Below, in pieces: positions 43,701 through 55,700 of a stretch of DNA of 64,000 nt. The notes beneath the pieces were generated by a model. The model was given only the letters and a program-made list of their open reading frames with translations, was not told where the DNA came from and did not search any database. The stretch lies in the NCBI RefSeq assembly GCF_006345805.1, contig NC_043000.1, positions 85,746,001-85,810,000 of the forward strand, read 5' to 3'. A program made the position numbers and the translations under genes. Numbering within the stretch: position 1 is the stretch's first letter; the number at the start of each line of letters is the position of its first letter. The stretch is from Octopus sinensis (taxonomy: Eukaryota).

Positions 43701-46700
43701 TAGATGAGGTCTTCCATACTCATCTGAGTGAGCTGCCCTGTTCAATTCATGCTGACATGAGCAGTTGTAAAATGGTTATGCTGATGATTTATATTTCTTG
43801 TATGCATGACATTGGTGAGAAAGGATGGTATATAGTGCTGATATCAGCATTTGATGCTGTTTGTAGTATTGTAATAAGAGCTCCTTGGTTTAGCTTAGCT
43901 GTCTAGCATGCAATTGGAGCCATAGCCTGTATTCAAGAAAATATGTATAGTGTTTAGGGGAAAGTTAGTAGATATTAGGGGACAGGGGGAATCTCACTAA
44001 AACTAATAAAGAATTTAATTTTACTAACATAAAATCTTTAGGAAATTAAATATTCAAAGAAACTTTTTTTATACTAATTTGAATTTTCAAAATTTCATTT
44101 TACCCTGTAACCAATATTTGCAGACTAAACTGATTCTTATGAAATATTTTTATATTAGACTATAGGAAAAAAGACCAGTTTATGGCTTATTTTTCTGTTG
44201 AGAGAAAAATAGATTTCATTGTTTAATATTTATTGTGTAATCTCTGCTGGGGTTTACTTTGCCTTTCATCCTTAATGAGTAATAGTTAGTCGACTTACCT
44301 CCCCCACAAACCTGCTGGTTTCCTGCCAAAATTTGAAACCAATATTTATTATGTAATTAGATGTGATAAAGAACTGAAAGTAGCAATTGCTGATCAAATG
44401 AGATTCTGGTTTGTTCTGCATAAATTCTGCTTTAAGTCTTAAAGAAACTTGGATTTTTGGCTGTGTCAAGAGACTGAACATTATATAATAGTTCCTGTGG
44501 AAAGAAAATGAGAGTTTGATCTGACTGGTCTATGTCTCAGCAATAATACCTGATAATGACTGCTAAAATTACAACTTAGATATTGTAGTTCATCTGTTAA
44601 AATGTTATGGGTTCTTGTAATAAATTGCAAAGAAGTAGTTTATATTTAGAATAATTGATTTATTAAATGACTATTGCTTGATTTGTGTATGGCCTCTATG
44701 TTGCATACTCTGCTAATACCCCAGTGAGAAAGAGAGAGAAGCTGTAAGATTGAAAAAGTGAAACCAATACTACTAAGTTTATAAACTTTAAATGATTGCA
44801 AATTTGTTAATAGCAAAAGATGTTAGTTTATTATTTCTGATTATATTATGTTACTTGTGAGTATACCAAAGTAGTTTGAATTTTGATTAGAGCAAAACTT
44901 TTTGCTTTCAGGATTTCTTTACTACATATTTTACATATTTGTGTACTTGGAATAGTTCCCTAACTACTAAAAGCAGCAGTGACTTGTGGTAGTCATCACC
45001 CTTCCCCATGATAATTATCATCAGTAACCATTTAACATCTGTTTCCATGATGTTGAGATGAAATAGATGCTTGTATGTCATCTGTAACTAATCCAGTGCA
45101 TTTTTAACATCTTCAAGTGTAAAGTTGAGCAAGTCTCTTAAGCAGTCTTTTGATATTTCTTCTGTTAACTCCAACTCAAAATTTTTTGGTGATTCTTGTC
45201 TCAATTTCTTTCTTCATTTGGCAGAACTCTAATCTGAGATTTAATTGCTTGTCACATTTATGTCTTAACCACTGATTATAATTTCATGCAACTGAAATCT
45301 TTTTCAGTGTCTATGAAAAACACACCATTTGCTATTGTGAATAATTAAAATAAAAAAGAAAAAGAAAATTGCTTTTCAGTGTTTCTAGATATTGAAATCC
45401 TCACCGATTCCATTTTAATAAATATATATTTCTTCTTTTTAGTGTTGTAATCTTCCATGTTGTTTGTCATTTTTTCTTTTTGTTGTAGCATGCCTTGAAT
45501 ATTGTGGACTTAGTCAAATTTCTACAACTGCCTCTTGTTGCTTCTGTTTTTGTTGGTGTCCAGGGATATGCTTTGTTTATGTTCTTTTCTTTTCCTTCTA
45601 GTTTTCCTGAGATTCCTTTCTTCCAATCAGACCAGGTTCATCAACTGATGGTTAATGTGTTGTTCTTATATTGTCGCAATGATCAGATGAAAACTCATTT
45701 GTCATACCGACAGGTTGGTTTCACTCCTCTTTATACGAGTTCATGATATCCTACAACAGGACGAGTGATGTTACATTCTTTCAGTAACATTTCTTTATCA
45801 CTGTACTACTTAACTGGATTTTTACTAAAGAAACATTATTAAACAAAGATATTTTTATGTTTGTCTATTTGGCTCTCTCTCTCTCTCTCTCCCAAAATGA
45901 AATGAAAAAAAAAGTAACCTGAGACATCCAGTGGACAGTTTATTTTCCAAGCATAATGTCATTTTGTTTTAATAATAATGGTTTACAGTAAAACCCTACA
46001 AAAATATCTTTAGTAAATAATATTGTAATTTTAATTATGTTGTAAATATCACTGAAATTTGTCTAACACTGGATATTGAGACAAATGGTTACAAGTACAA
46101 AAAATGTTTGTTTAAAAGAGAGAGAGAGCTGCATCTTCTAGAAGAATAGGCACAATTTTGTTTAATCTTTGTTTCTTGATTTTATTTTTGAACTTTCCAT
46201 AAAATTGTTTTTGAAACCACATCTAATAGGTAATATTTTATTGGAGCCATTTCAATACCCTTAACAGCAATAGGTATGTTTATAGATACAAACCCTTTCA
46301 AAATCCTAAATGTGATTTTGTACTGAATTCTTTAAAGTAGCAAGTAAAATATATAAATGGAGTACTGCTATTTTATAATAAATTAAACTTATTTGGCAAT
46401 GTGGAGTGATTTTTCTTATACTGCATATTCCTATTTTCTGCAAGCATTATTGCTTAGCTTATTAAGTGATGGTCAGAATAATAATTAAATTCTTAATATG
46501 ATTAATTTCCTTAGCCTTTATAATCATCACAAATTTATCAAAGTGTGCTGAAGTAAATTTTTGTATATTAGAAAGAATAGCATTTAACATACATGCATGT
46601 TTTCTGTAAAACTACAAAACTCTAAGCACCAATTATTTCTGAGGGATCTTCTGAAGATTATGATGATTTTAGAAGTAAGTTCCATCATGAATTGTAACCA

Positions 46701-49700
46701 TTTAATCCTTTCCCCAATGCCCTTTCTAGTGTTTGTAGTTGGTTACTATGTTAAACTAACACGAGTGTGTGCACAATAACTTAAACCATTCTCAACTATG
46801 AGACTAGTGGTGGTCTGCATTTGTAAAATTCTGTTCAGTAAAAACAAAAAATTTAAGTATGTTATAGTGCTGTGAGTTGAGGAACTGAGGTATGAAATAT
46901 TTCTTTTCCTTACGGCACCCTAATATACTGTAGTTTTTTTCACTTTTTGCTGAATCTAGACTTGGTTTGGTACGTATATTATTTTCTTCAACTTCTCTTT
47001 TCAAAGATGATAAATCTACTAATCCTTAAAAGATATTCTAATAATTTGAAAAAAAAAAGTTTTATTATGTAAATTATCTCCATCAACGTTATTGTACAAA
47101 TATACATAAATAAAAGTGAATGTTGGGTGGACAATTCGCTTGAAATTATTTTTTCTTCTTCTTTAAATTTACAATTTATAGCCGAGAGTATCTAATTAAT
47201 CTAATCGTTAGCAAAGACTTTCTCAGTCTAATTTCTTTGTGGAAATTGAAATTTTGCTGTTTCTTGTATAGACATATATTAATTTCAAATATAGCTGTTT
47301 CTTGAACAAACATATATTAATTTCATATACATATTGTAAAGAGAGTGACTTAGTGGTTTGATTATTTAATATGGAGCTAATGACTTGCATTTAAAGTGCA
47401 AGAGCAAGTACAATAATACTGTAATTGGATAAGAGGTGATTGGTGGTAGTGGGAACTGAGTGTTACCAATATTAATGAAAATCTTGAACAACTTGGACCC
47501 AATCCACATAGAAATAATGTAGTGTCCACCATAGATAGGGCTACTATGCTGGCCACAGATATGGCTATCACAATACAGTCATATGACTCATCCATCTTTA
47601 TGAAATCACAACAAATAAGGCATCCTCTTTGAAGTCTCCAGGAATTTACTCACATTTTGAAAGTAGGTAAAGAAAATTCTTGATTTTTATCTTCTAATTT
47701 AACGTTCTATTCTTTTTTTAGCTTCTTTTCTAAATTCTTGTGATGACAAATTTTAGCTGATTAATATTCTAAATACATGAGCTTAAAAATTTATCATAAT
47801 TGTATTTAAAAAAAACCCTCCCAAAATAGCCATTTCACATTTGCTAATTTAAATGATACCCAAATAGTGTTCAAATTTTCTTCAGATCACACCCTTTACT
47901 GTTAAAAGACGCCATTGAGTATGGAATAATTTATAATTAAGTTTGTAGGATTGAGGTTGACTTGAGGCTAAAGAATAAAATGTAAAAATTCTATTTCGAA
48001 CAAAATGTAGCACTGCTACAATGATTAACTAAATATTTTGCTTCAATATTTTTAGAATTTTAGGAGTGATTGTATTCAATAATTTGTTTTCATATCCTAT
48101 TGTACGCTGTTGGTCACATGATAATATTTAAAAGCCCAAACTCATTCTTTAAGGTTCTTGTCTGAAAAGAGGTTTATAATATAATTTATCTTTAATTCTT
48201 AAACTAGCATTGCAGTGTGTGTGTGTGTGAATGAATACATTTTGTTTACATGATTTTGTTTGAAAAGTTTTAAGCTAAAGAAATAGCAGCAGCAGCATGT
48301 GTTTAATTTTTGCTGTAGAATAATTTATAACTTGCTTGCATGGTCCTTATTTGGACATGTGCATGTTTTGGTTAGAATTATACTTAAAAGTAGTTAAATG
48401 AAATGAATTAATTTTCTGACCTTGCTAGTCTGTTTTCTTTTAAATTTTTTTGTAAATCTTGTGATGATAACTTTTAGCCAATTAATATACTAAATACATG
48501 AATTAAAAAATTTATGGATCAAAAATGTATTTAATAAACCATACCCAATTTTATGTTCTCAAATTTAATTGATATCAAAATAATGGGATACAAATAAGCA
48601 TATTGAACTTAATATAAAAATCAAATCATTGTTGATTAGTGATTGTGATTTCATTTTTTTAACAGATAATTAATATTATAATGAACATTTTGCTTGCATC
48701 GTAGAGTAATTGGCTGGGCAGAATGTTGTCATATGGCTTTTGTTTCATTGTCATCATTCAGATTACCTACAAACTATTGCTCAGGTTCCTTTGTTGTAAA
48801 TGAAACTATAAGAAATTTATCATAGTAATGTTTTTACAGTGTCTTCAATTTAGACTGGGTATATTTCTAAACATGATTCAACGGAAATTTAAAGTGAAGA
48901 TTTAATAGGAGTGGGTGTTTAGATTTATTTATTGTATTGTTTCTCTCTTCAGTGTTAACTTATAAAGTTTAGCCTTTAAATAATATAGGACAAAGAGAAA
49001 AAAATGAATTTATATTTTTGAAGTTTGTGGTCTTGTCTGCCTGTTTCTCTAAATTTCAACTAATATAAAACTTTTAATATAATATTTGAATATAACTAAA
49101 GGCTATATTAAATATTCTTTGTTATTCCCTCGTTTTTAGTATATTAATGTTTATATATCTACATGTTTTAATGTAGTCAATGAAATACTTATAATGAAAT
49201 AGTACACTTACAGTTTGTGGCTTATGATGAATAAGTTTTTGTGGCTTATGATGAATAAGTTTTCATCCGTTTTTCAAAGTGTGACAACTTAAAAAACAAA
49301 CTGAAGGCAACAAATATGTCTCTTGTGAAGTTTTCATCAGAACATCCCATGACTTTTTGATGACCTGGTCAGACATTTAGTGTTTTTCCTTCCTGCATGT
49401 ATTGTTGTAGTTATGTCATACACTGTTTTTGATGCATGAGTGTTGTTTATCAAATTTATTGACTTTTTGCATAGATATGTTGCAGATTTATTATTATTAT
49501 TGTTATAAGTGTATGTTTTAAATTCCTATATCATTAAATAATCTATAAGGGATTAATGCCCTCTTTGTTGTGTTAATAAATTAACTGGCTATCAAATGTA
49601 AGTATCTGTGTCATATTTTGCCTGGTGCTTTTCTTCTATCACTTTTTCAGTAAATAAATAAAACTTCTCTAAGTTTGGTAATGTGAACATACAGAAATGT

Positions 49701-52700
49701 ATTTGAAATGATTTATTTTATTACAGGATCACTTATTGTTTATGAATTTCATTGATAAAATTTTCAAAGTAATTAAATTTTTTTTTTTGATATGTCAACA
49801 AAGTTATCAACACAGCCTAAATGAAAATATTGGATTTAAATTATATTATGAAATAGCTTGAAGTATATGTATAATGTTATAAAAATAAGGTTTAGAGATA
49901 ATAATTCACCTTTTAGATGGCTAGCATTTGAAGCATCAAACCTTTTTTAAAGTCATAAACATATGTTTAAAAACTGACAATATTTTTTTGGCAGTGGTGT
50001 AGCAGAAATATTAAAACAAAGCACTTGGTTATGTTTCTTTACATTCTGTGTTTGAATCCCACATATGTTGACTTTATATTTTACCCTTTTGAGATTGACA
50101 TAACAAATATCAGGCATCCATTTAACTCTTTTGTTACCATATTTCTGCTAAAATACTTTGAATTTTGTTTTAATTAATTTAAAAAATAATGAAAAATTTA
50201 GTAAAGCAACTTTGTCATAAAACTAGTGTTTAGAATGTAAATTAACATAAAATTTTGACTCTAAAATGGAATTTGTATTATAGTACCTGGGGCATCTTTG
50301 GGCAGGTTGGTATCAAATGGGTTTAATCAATTATTTCAAAATCTATGACTTATACTTTATTGGAGTAATGGGTAGTGGAATCAGTAGTGCCAGACAAAAT
50401 GTGCTGCAAGTTACATCCCTTTACATTCTACTTTCAAACACCTAAGTTCATTTTGACCTTCCATCCTGCCTTCTGAGATTGATATGATACACCAGTCAAA
50501 TAGCATAATCAATGAAATGAGGGATTATATCCCTTATCCAAAATTTATGGCCTTTTGTCAATTTAAGAAATATAATAACTTGAACTGTTATTGTATGATA
50601 CAATATTTAGTTTTGATCGTTTTGGCTACGAGTTCAAATGTCATTAGAAATTATTTGTGTTGTTTCTTCTCAAATCAGCACATTAATGTTAATATACCAT
50701 CATTAATTTAATTCTTTGAAAAAAACCCAATAAAACACACATTTTCGTGCTCTAATGAAAATGTCATAAGCATTCTTAGTTTGAATTATTGCAGGTTAGA
50801 AGATGGAGGAAAAAAACAAAGTAATCATTCAATGACTATTATTTCTAATGGAATACATTAGTTGTATATTTCAATTAGTTTTGGATATATTCTGGAATTT
50901 TTGTGAAAACACTAATGTTTTTCATTATTAAGTTGTTAACATTGTGTTTTACATAAAATTATAAGAGGCCTTAACTAGGAATGCTTTAAAATGAGTTTTA
51001 GTATCAGAACTGAGGCTGGTATCAGTGGGTGAGGCTACTAGAATCCACCTCCAACTATACTGAAGCCACACAGTTGCACATACTATCTAAGTATCTAGAA
51101 GCATTGTTCTGCCCTTCTCTTCAGCTTCACTTCTTTCTTATTTTGTTTCCTTGTTGCAGCGTTTTTTTTTTTTTTTTTCACTTTCCTTTTATTCTCTCTC
51201 TCTTTTTTTAGTTTTACACTTAACACTTTTGATGCTAACCTTTCTGAAACTCAACACCCCAGTTCTATGTTAAAAATATTCCTATGATCTAAGTTAAGAC
51301 TTAAATTAAAGTGATCTAAATTAAAACCTACCAACATATAGGCGCAGGAGTGGCTGTGTGGTAAGTAGCTTGCTTACCAACCACATGGTTCCGGGTTCAG
51401 TCCCACTGCGTGGCATCTTGGGCAAGTGTCTTCTGCTATAGCCCCGGGCCGACCAATGCCTTGTGAGTGGATTTGGTAGACGGAAACTGAAAGAAGCCTG
51501 TCGTATATATGTATGTATGTGTGTGTGTATATGTTTGTGTGTCTGTGTTTGTCCCCCTCGCATTGCTTGACAACCGATGCTGGTGTGTTTACGTCCCCGT
51601 CACTTAGCGGTTCGGCAAAAGAGACCGATAGAATAAGTACTGGGCTTACAAAGAATAAGTTCCGGGGTCGATTTGCACGACTAAAGGCGGTGCTCCAGCA
51701 TGGCCGCAGTCAAATGACTGAAACAAGTAAAAGAGAGTAATATTTCATGTTAATTTATATTCCAACTTGATTATGAGAATGTTTTATTAATTTTTTTGTT
51801 TTTTAAAAAATTGATAGATAGGCTGTGTATTTCAACATAAATATTTTGACAAAAGCATTAAAATAAATTATTGAAATAAGTTATTTGTGTGTTAAATAAA
51901 AACATATTTGGTACACTTAAAGTTATATGAATGAATTCTGTACAAAAGTGACTTTGACTTACATTTTTGCTATTGTCATTTTACTGTTTATAAAATGATT
52001 TTTGATTTTGTCTTGTTTTATTTGACAGTGGTTCACAAAAAACAAAAATACAAATATTCTTTAAATGCTAACACTGTAATGATAAAGGGATTTTAAAGAA
52101 TTTTAAAAACGTTTTTATTCAAACTAGGGAATACTAGTCTTATTAGTTATGGCTTTCCAATGTGCCAATCACTTATTCATTGCTTTTCTGATGGTGAAAA
52201 TGACAAAGAAGTGCCTGTATCTTGATTCAGAACAAATATCCCAAAGGACAGTGTTCACAGAGCACAATTTTCTTTTTGGTGATAGGGGTTCTTGGTCACT
52301 ACTGTTTATATCCTTCACTAAAATACACAGATGCACTCAGTTGGCTTCTACACAGTTTCCATCCAAGACATTGGTTAACCCAAAGCTATAACAGAACATA
52401 CTTGCCCAAGGTGCCATGCTGTAGGATTGAACTCAGGACCATATGGGTATGAAGCAAGCTTCTTAGCTGCACAGTTGTGTTGCTTGTTGTTGCAAACAAC
52501 TTATGTAATAAATATAAAATTGGATTCTTTAAATTAGGTTAATTTTAATGTAATTATGCTAACATAATTAGCCTATGTTAATTATATATCAGTAATTAAT
52601 GATTATATACTTACAGTCTTTATTTATAACATTTAAATACAAAGAAACAGGAAAAAAGATAGATAAGAAAGGAAAAGAAAAGGGGGGTGTAAAGCAGCAG

Positions 52701-55700
52701 GAGGGGGAGAGGGTAATGAGCCACATACCCTAGAACAAATAGTGTGGTTAGTCATGGAGAATGGCTGGCAACATTTGCTGCAGCAGCCATTCCACCTCAC
52801 AGGGCTCATTTCTTCAATGGGCCACTGTTATCCCTATTTTTCAAAGGAAATCCATAGTATAGGGTCCTACAACCTGGTGTCTCAATGGTGACTAGCACAA
52901 ACTGATAGCAGCTAGTCAGGCTAGTCCTATTTTCGAAATCACCTCTCACTTCTGATATATTGAATAAAGAAATGCTCACAAAACATTGGAGAAAACTTCA
53001 TTAGACCCATATGTTTACACAGTTAGAGGTAAACTGTAATCATCTACATCTCATTCCTACAAAAATTGGTCTTACACTTGATTCAAATTGTTCAATATAA
53101 CCTGAAGAAATCCTATAATTTTTTAACCTTCCACTTAATCCTCATTTTTGTGTCTCAGGTTTTTGAAGTGTTAGAGCAATTTTTTTCTTTTTGCTCGGAT
53201 TTTCCAATTTACACTTTAAGTTCTTTCTTTGGGGTTTAAAATATAGACAAAAAAAAATTATATCTCCCATATTAATTTCTTTAGGATTATTTTAATCATA
53301 ACTATATATGGTAAAAGAGTAGGTGCAATATAGCTAAATGGTTGACAAGTTAGCTTCGCATCTGAGGTCCTTGATTTCATCCCATTGCAGGGCATCTCGG
53401 ACAAATGCCATTTTCTATATCCTTGGTTGATCCATATCTTATGAGGTATCTGGAAACTGGATAGAGGCCTGTGAGGTAGATTATATCTGTAATTCAAAAT
53501 GTACAGCCTTGTCACACAATGTGTTATGCTGTTTCTGCCTCAGAATTACATTATGATTCCACATATCTCTGGGATGCTCAGTCATTTACACATTAATTCA
53601 AGAGCAGGTAAATTGAACAACTGAATCTGCATTGTTGAACAACAGAGATCCACCATATCATATACTGAGGAGTAGAACAAATACAAGATAAACTGGTTTA
53701 GTTAAGTTTTTGTTTTGTATGTTTGAGGGAAGAGTGAACTGGGAGAGGGATAACTGAAGAAGAAAAAATAGTCCTTCAGTTAAATGTTACTATTATAGTC
53801 TTCCAAACTCAAGTTGTTTGATGTTTTATTAGGCTGTGTGACTTTTTTTATATTATGGTACTTTTGATTAGGTAAGAGATGCTGCCTTAAATGTATGAAT
53901 TTATATTGAAAGTATTTTTTCATTTAATCAATCTGGTAGGAAAAAAAAATGAAAATGGGAATAAATTAATATGTAATCTATTGCAGTTAATATTACGTTT
54001 GTTTGATTCTAGAAATGTTTGTTAATTATACTTACCTGAATTATTGTAATGATGTTCTTGATTAGAAATATCTTACTTACCAAACATGCTTTCTTCAGGG
54101 TATGCACGAGCTTTTAGCACCATTAATATTTGTACTACACTGTGATCATCAAGCATTCCTTCATGCGTGTGAAATAGAAAGTATTGGGTAAGTAATTTTT
54201 TTGTTACCTTTAATTGGTTTTGTTTTATTCAAATTACATTATGGTAAGACCATCTTGTGGGTTTGCTTTCTGGATTATTACTATTGCAGTTTGAGCTCGA
54301 GTGGCCAATAGCTTTAACTTAAATTGATTTGATATTTAAAATTCTGGGGAATATTTACTTTGAGGCCATTCGCCTGGCAGGTTTGGTAAAGCCATTTGCA
54401 ATATTATTCAGAGTATATAATGCTGCTCTATCAGAGCCCTCTCTGGATTAATAAAGTCCTTGTCAATTCAGTGATGCTTACAGTTGAATATGTCCAAATC
54501 TTAACCAACTAAAATCTAATGTTTAATTGCTCTTAACACCAACAATAATTGTAAGATAACCAATACATATTATCTGTATATAATGTTTATGGTAGCAAGT
54601 GTTTAAGATGATGTACTTACATCTATGGTTACATCAATGTCTAACCAAATGGTAAGATATACTACTAATTGTGTATTAGTAATTTTGCCATCTCAGTAAT
54701 GTTAGTTTTTTTTCTTCTTTAATATGTTAATGAGATTGAAAATTTACTAATGACTAACATTCAAAAAGAAAATCTATTGAATTTATTACTTTTATATTGA
54801 AATTCACACATCATTCATTTTGAAACTTGGCAAATGAAATCATTTTGGAAATAGATTTTAGTTCTTGTTAGTATGGCTTCACTGGTTGGTTGGTATTAAT
54901 AATGGAATAATTTCCATCAGAGTTACTGTCATTTTATTTTTATAGCCTTCTACTGAAGTATTAGGGAAGTGATAGCCTATATTTATGACACCATCTGTCT
55001 ATATGCTTTGAGAACATATTCAAATTGACTAAAGTAAAACTATCTCAGAAAATCAAAAAAAAAATAATTGCGACAAATATTTATTTGAAAGTTAAACCAA
55101 AAGATATTTCAATAGTATGTCATAAAATGTTATTCATTCATGTCTATGTATTTGTAAAAGACAAGCTGAGTATTTCTTATGTCTAATTCTTGCCTGGTAA
55201 CTTTCAAATTAAATTCAAGAGAATCAGTAATTCCACCAAACACAGTAGACATTAGTTATGGTAACTCATTGTATATTCTAAGTTTAGATATTGATTTATC
55301 CAGTTGGGAATATTTTCAATCAGATCTGGATCAGATTTTGTGGAAGTATGTAAACTACATTTCATCAGGTGTACATTTTGTTTTAATATATTAATATTGT
55401 AATGTCTCGTTTGTTGATATGTGACTAAATAATAAATACAGAATTATTAATATCATAGTCCACTCTTTGGTAGAGTTATGTTTGGATTGACTGAAAATTG
55501 TTAGATTATTGATATTGAACCTGATTGTTTTTTAAATCTTGATTCAAAAGTTTGATATAGAGCTGTGTATCCAAATGTAGAAATTATAAATATGATACTT
55601 GGAAATCTCTCATTTGTGGTTTTTCAGAGATAGGTAGTTTTGGTTAATGAAATACGAATTGCTGTCTGATGAGTTCAAACCCTGTTATGGACCAAATATA

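Noticed and set aside
51341-51412. tRNA gene
   Set aside because: The A/B boxes belong to a multi-copy SINE head and no full cloverleaf was seen.
36903-54098. Search for a third MXE copy
   Set aside because: Other acceptor-like sites checked by eye (about 39003, 41388, 44911, 45442, 52029) hit stops and lack the FFQ/YxQ pattern. A decayed copy cannot be excluded without tblastn.
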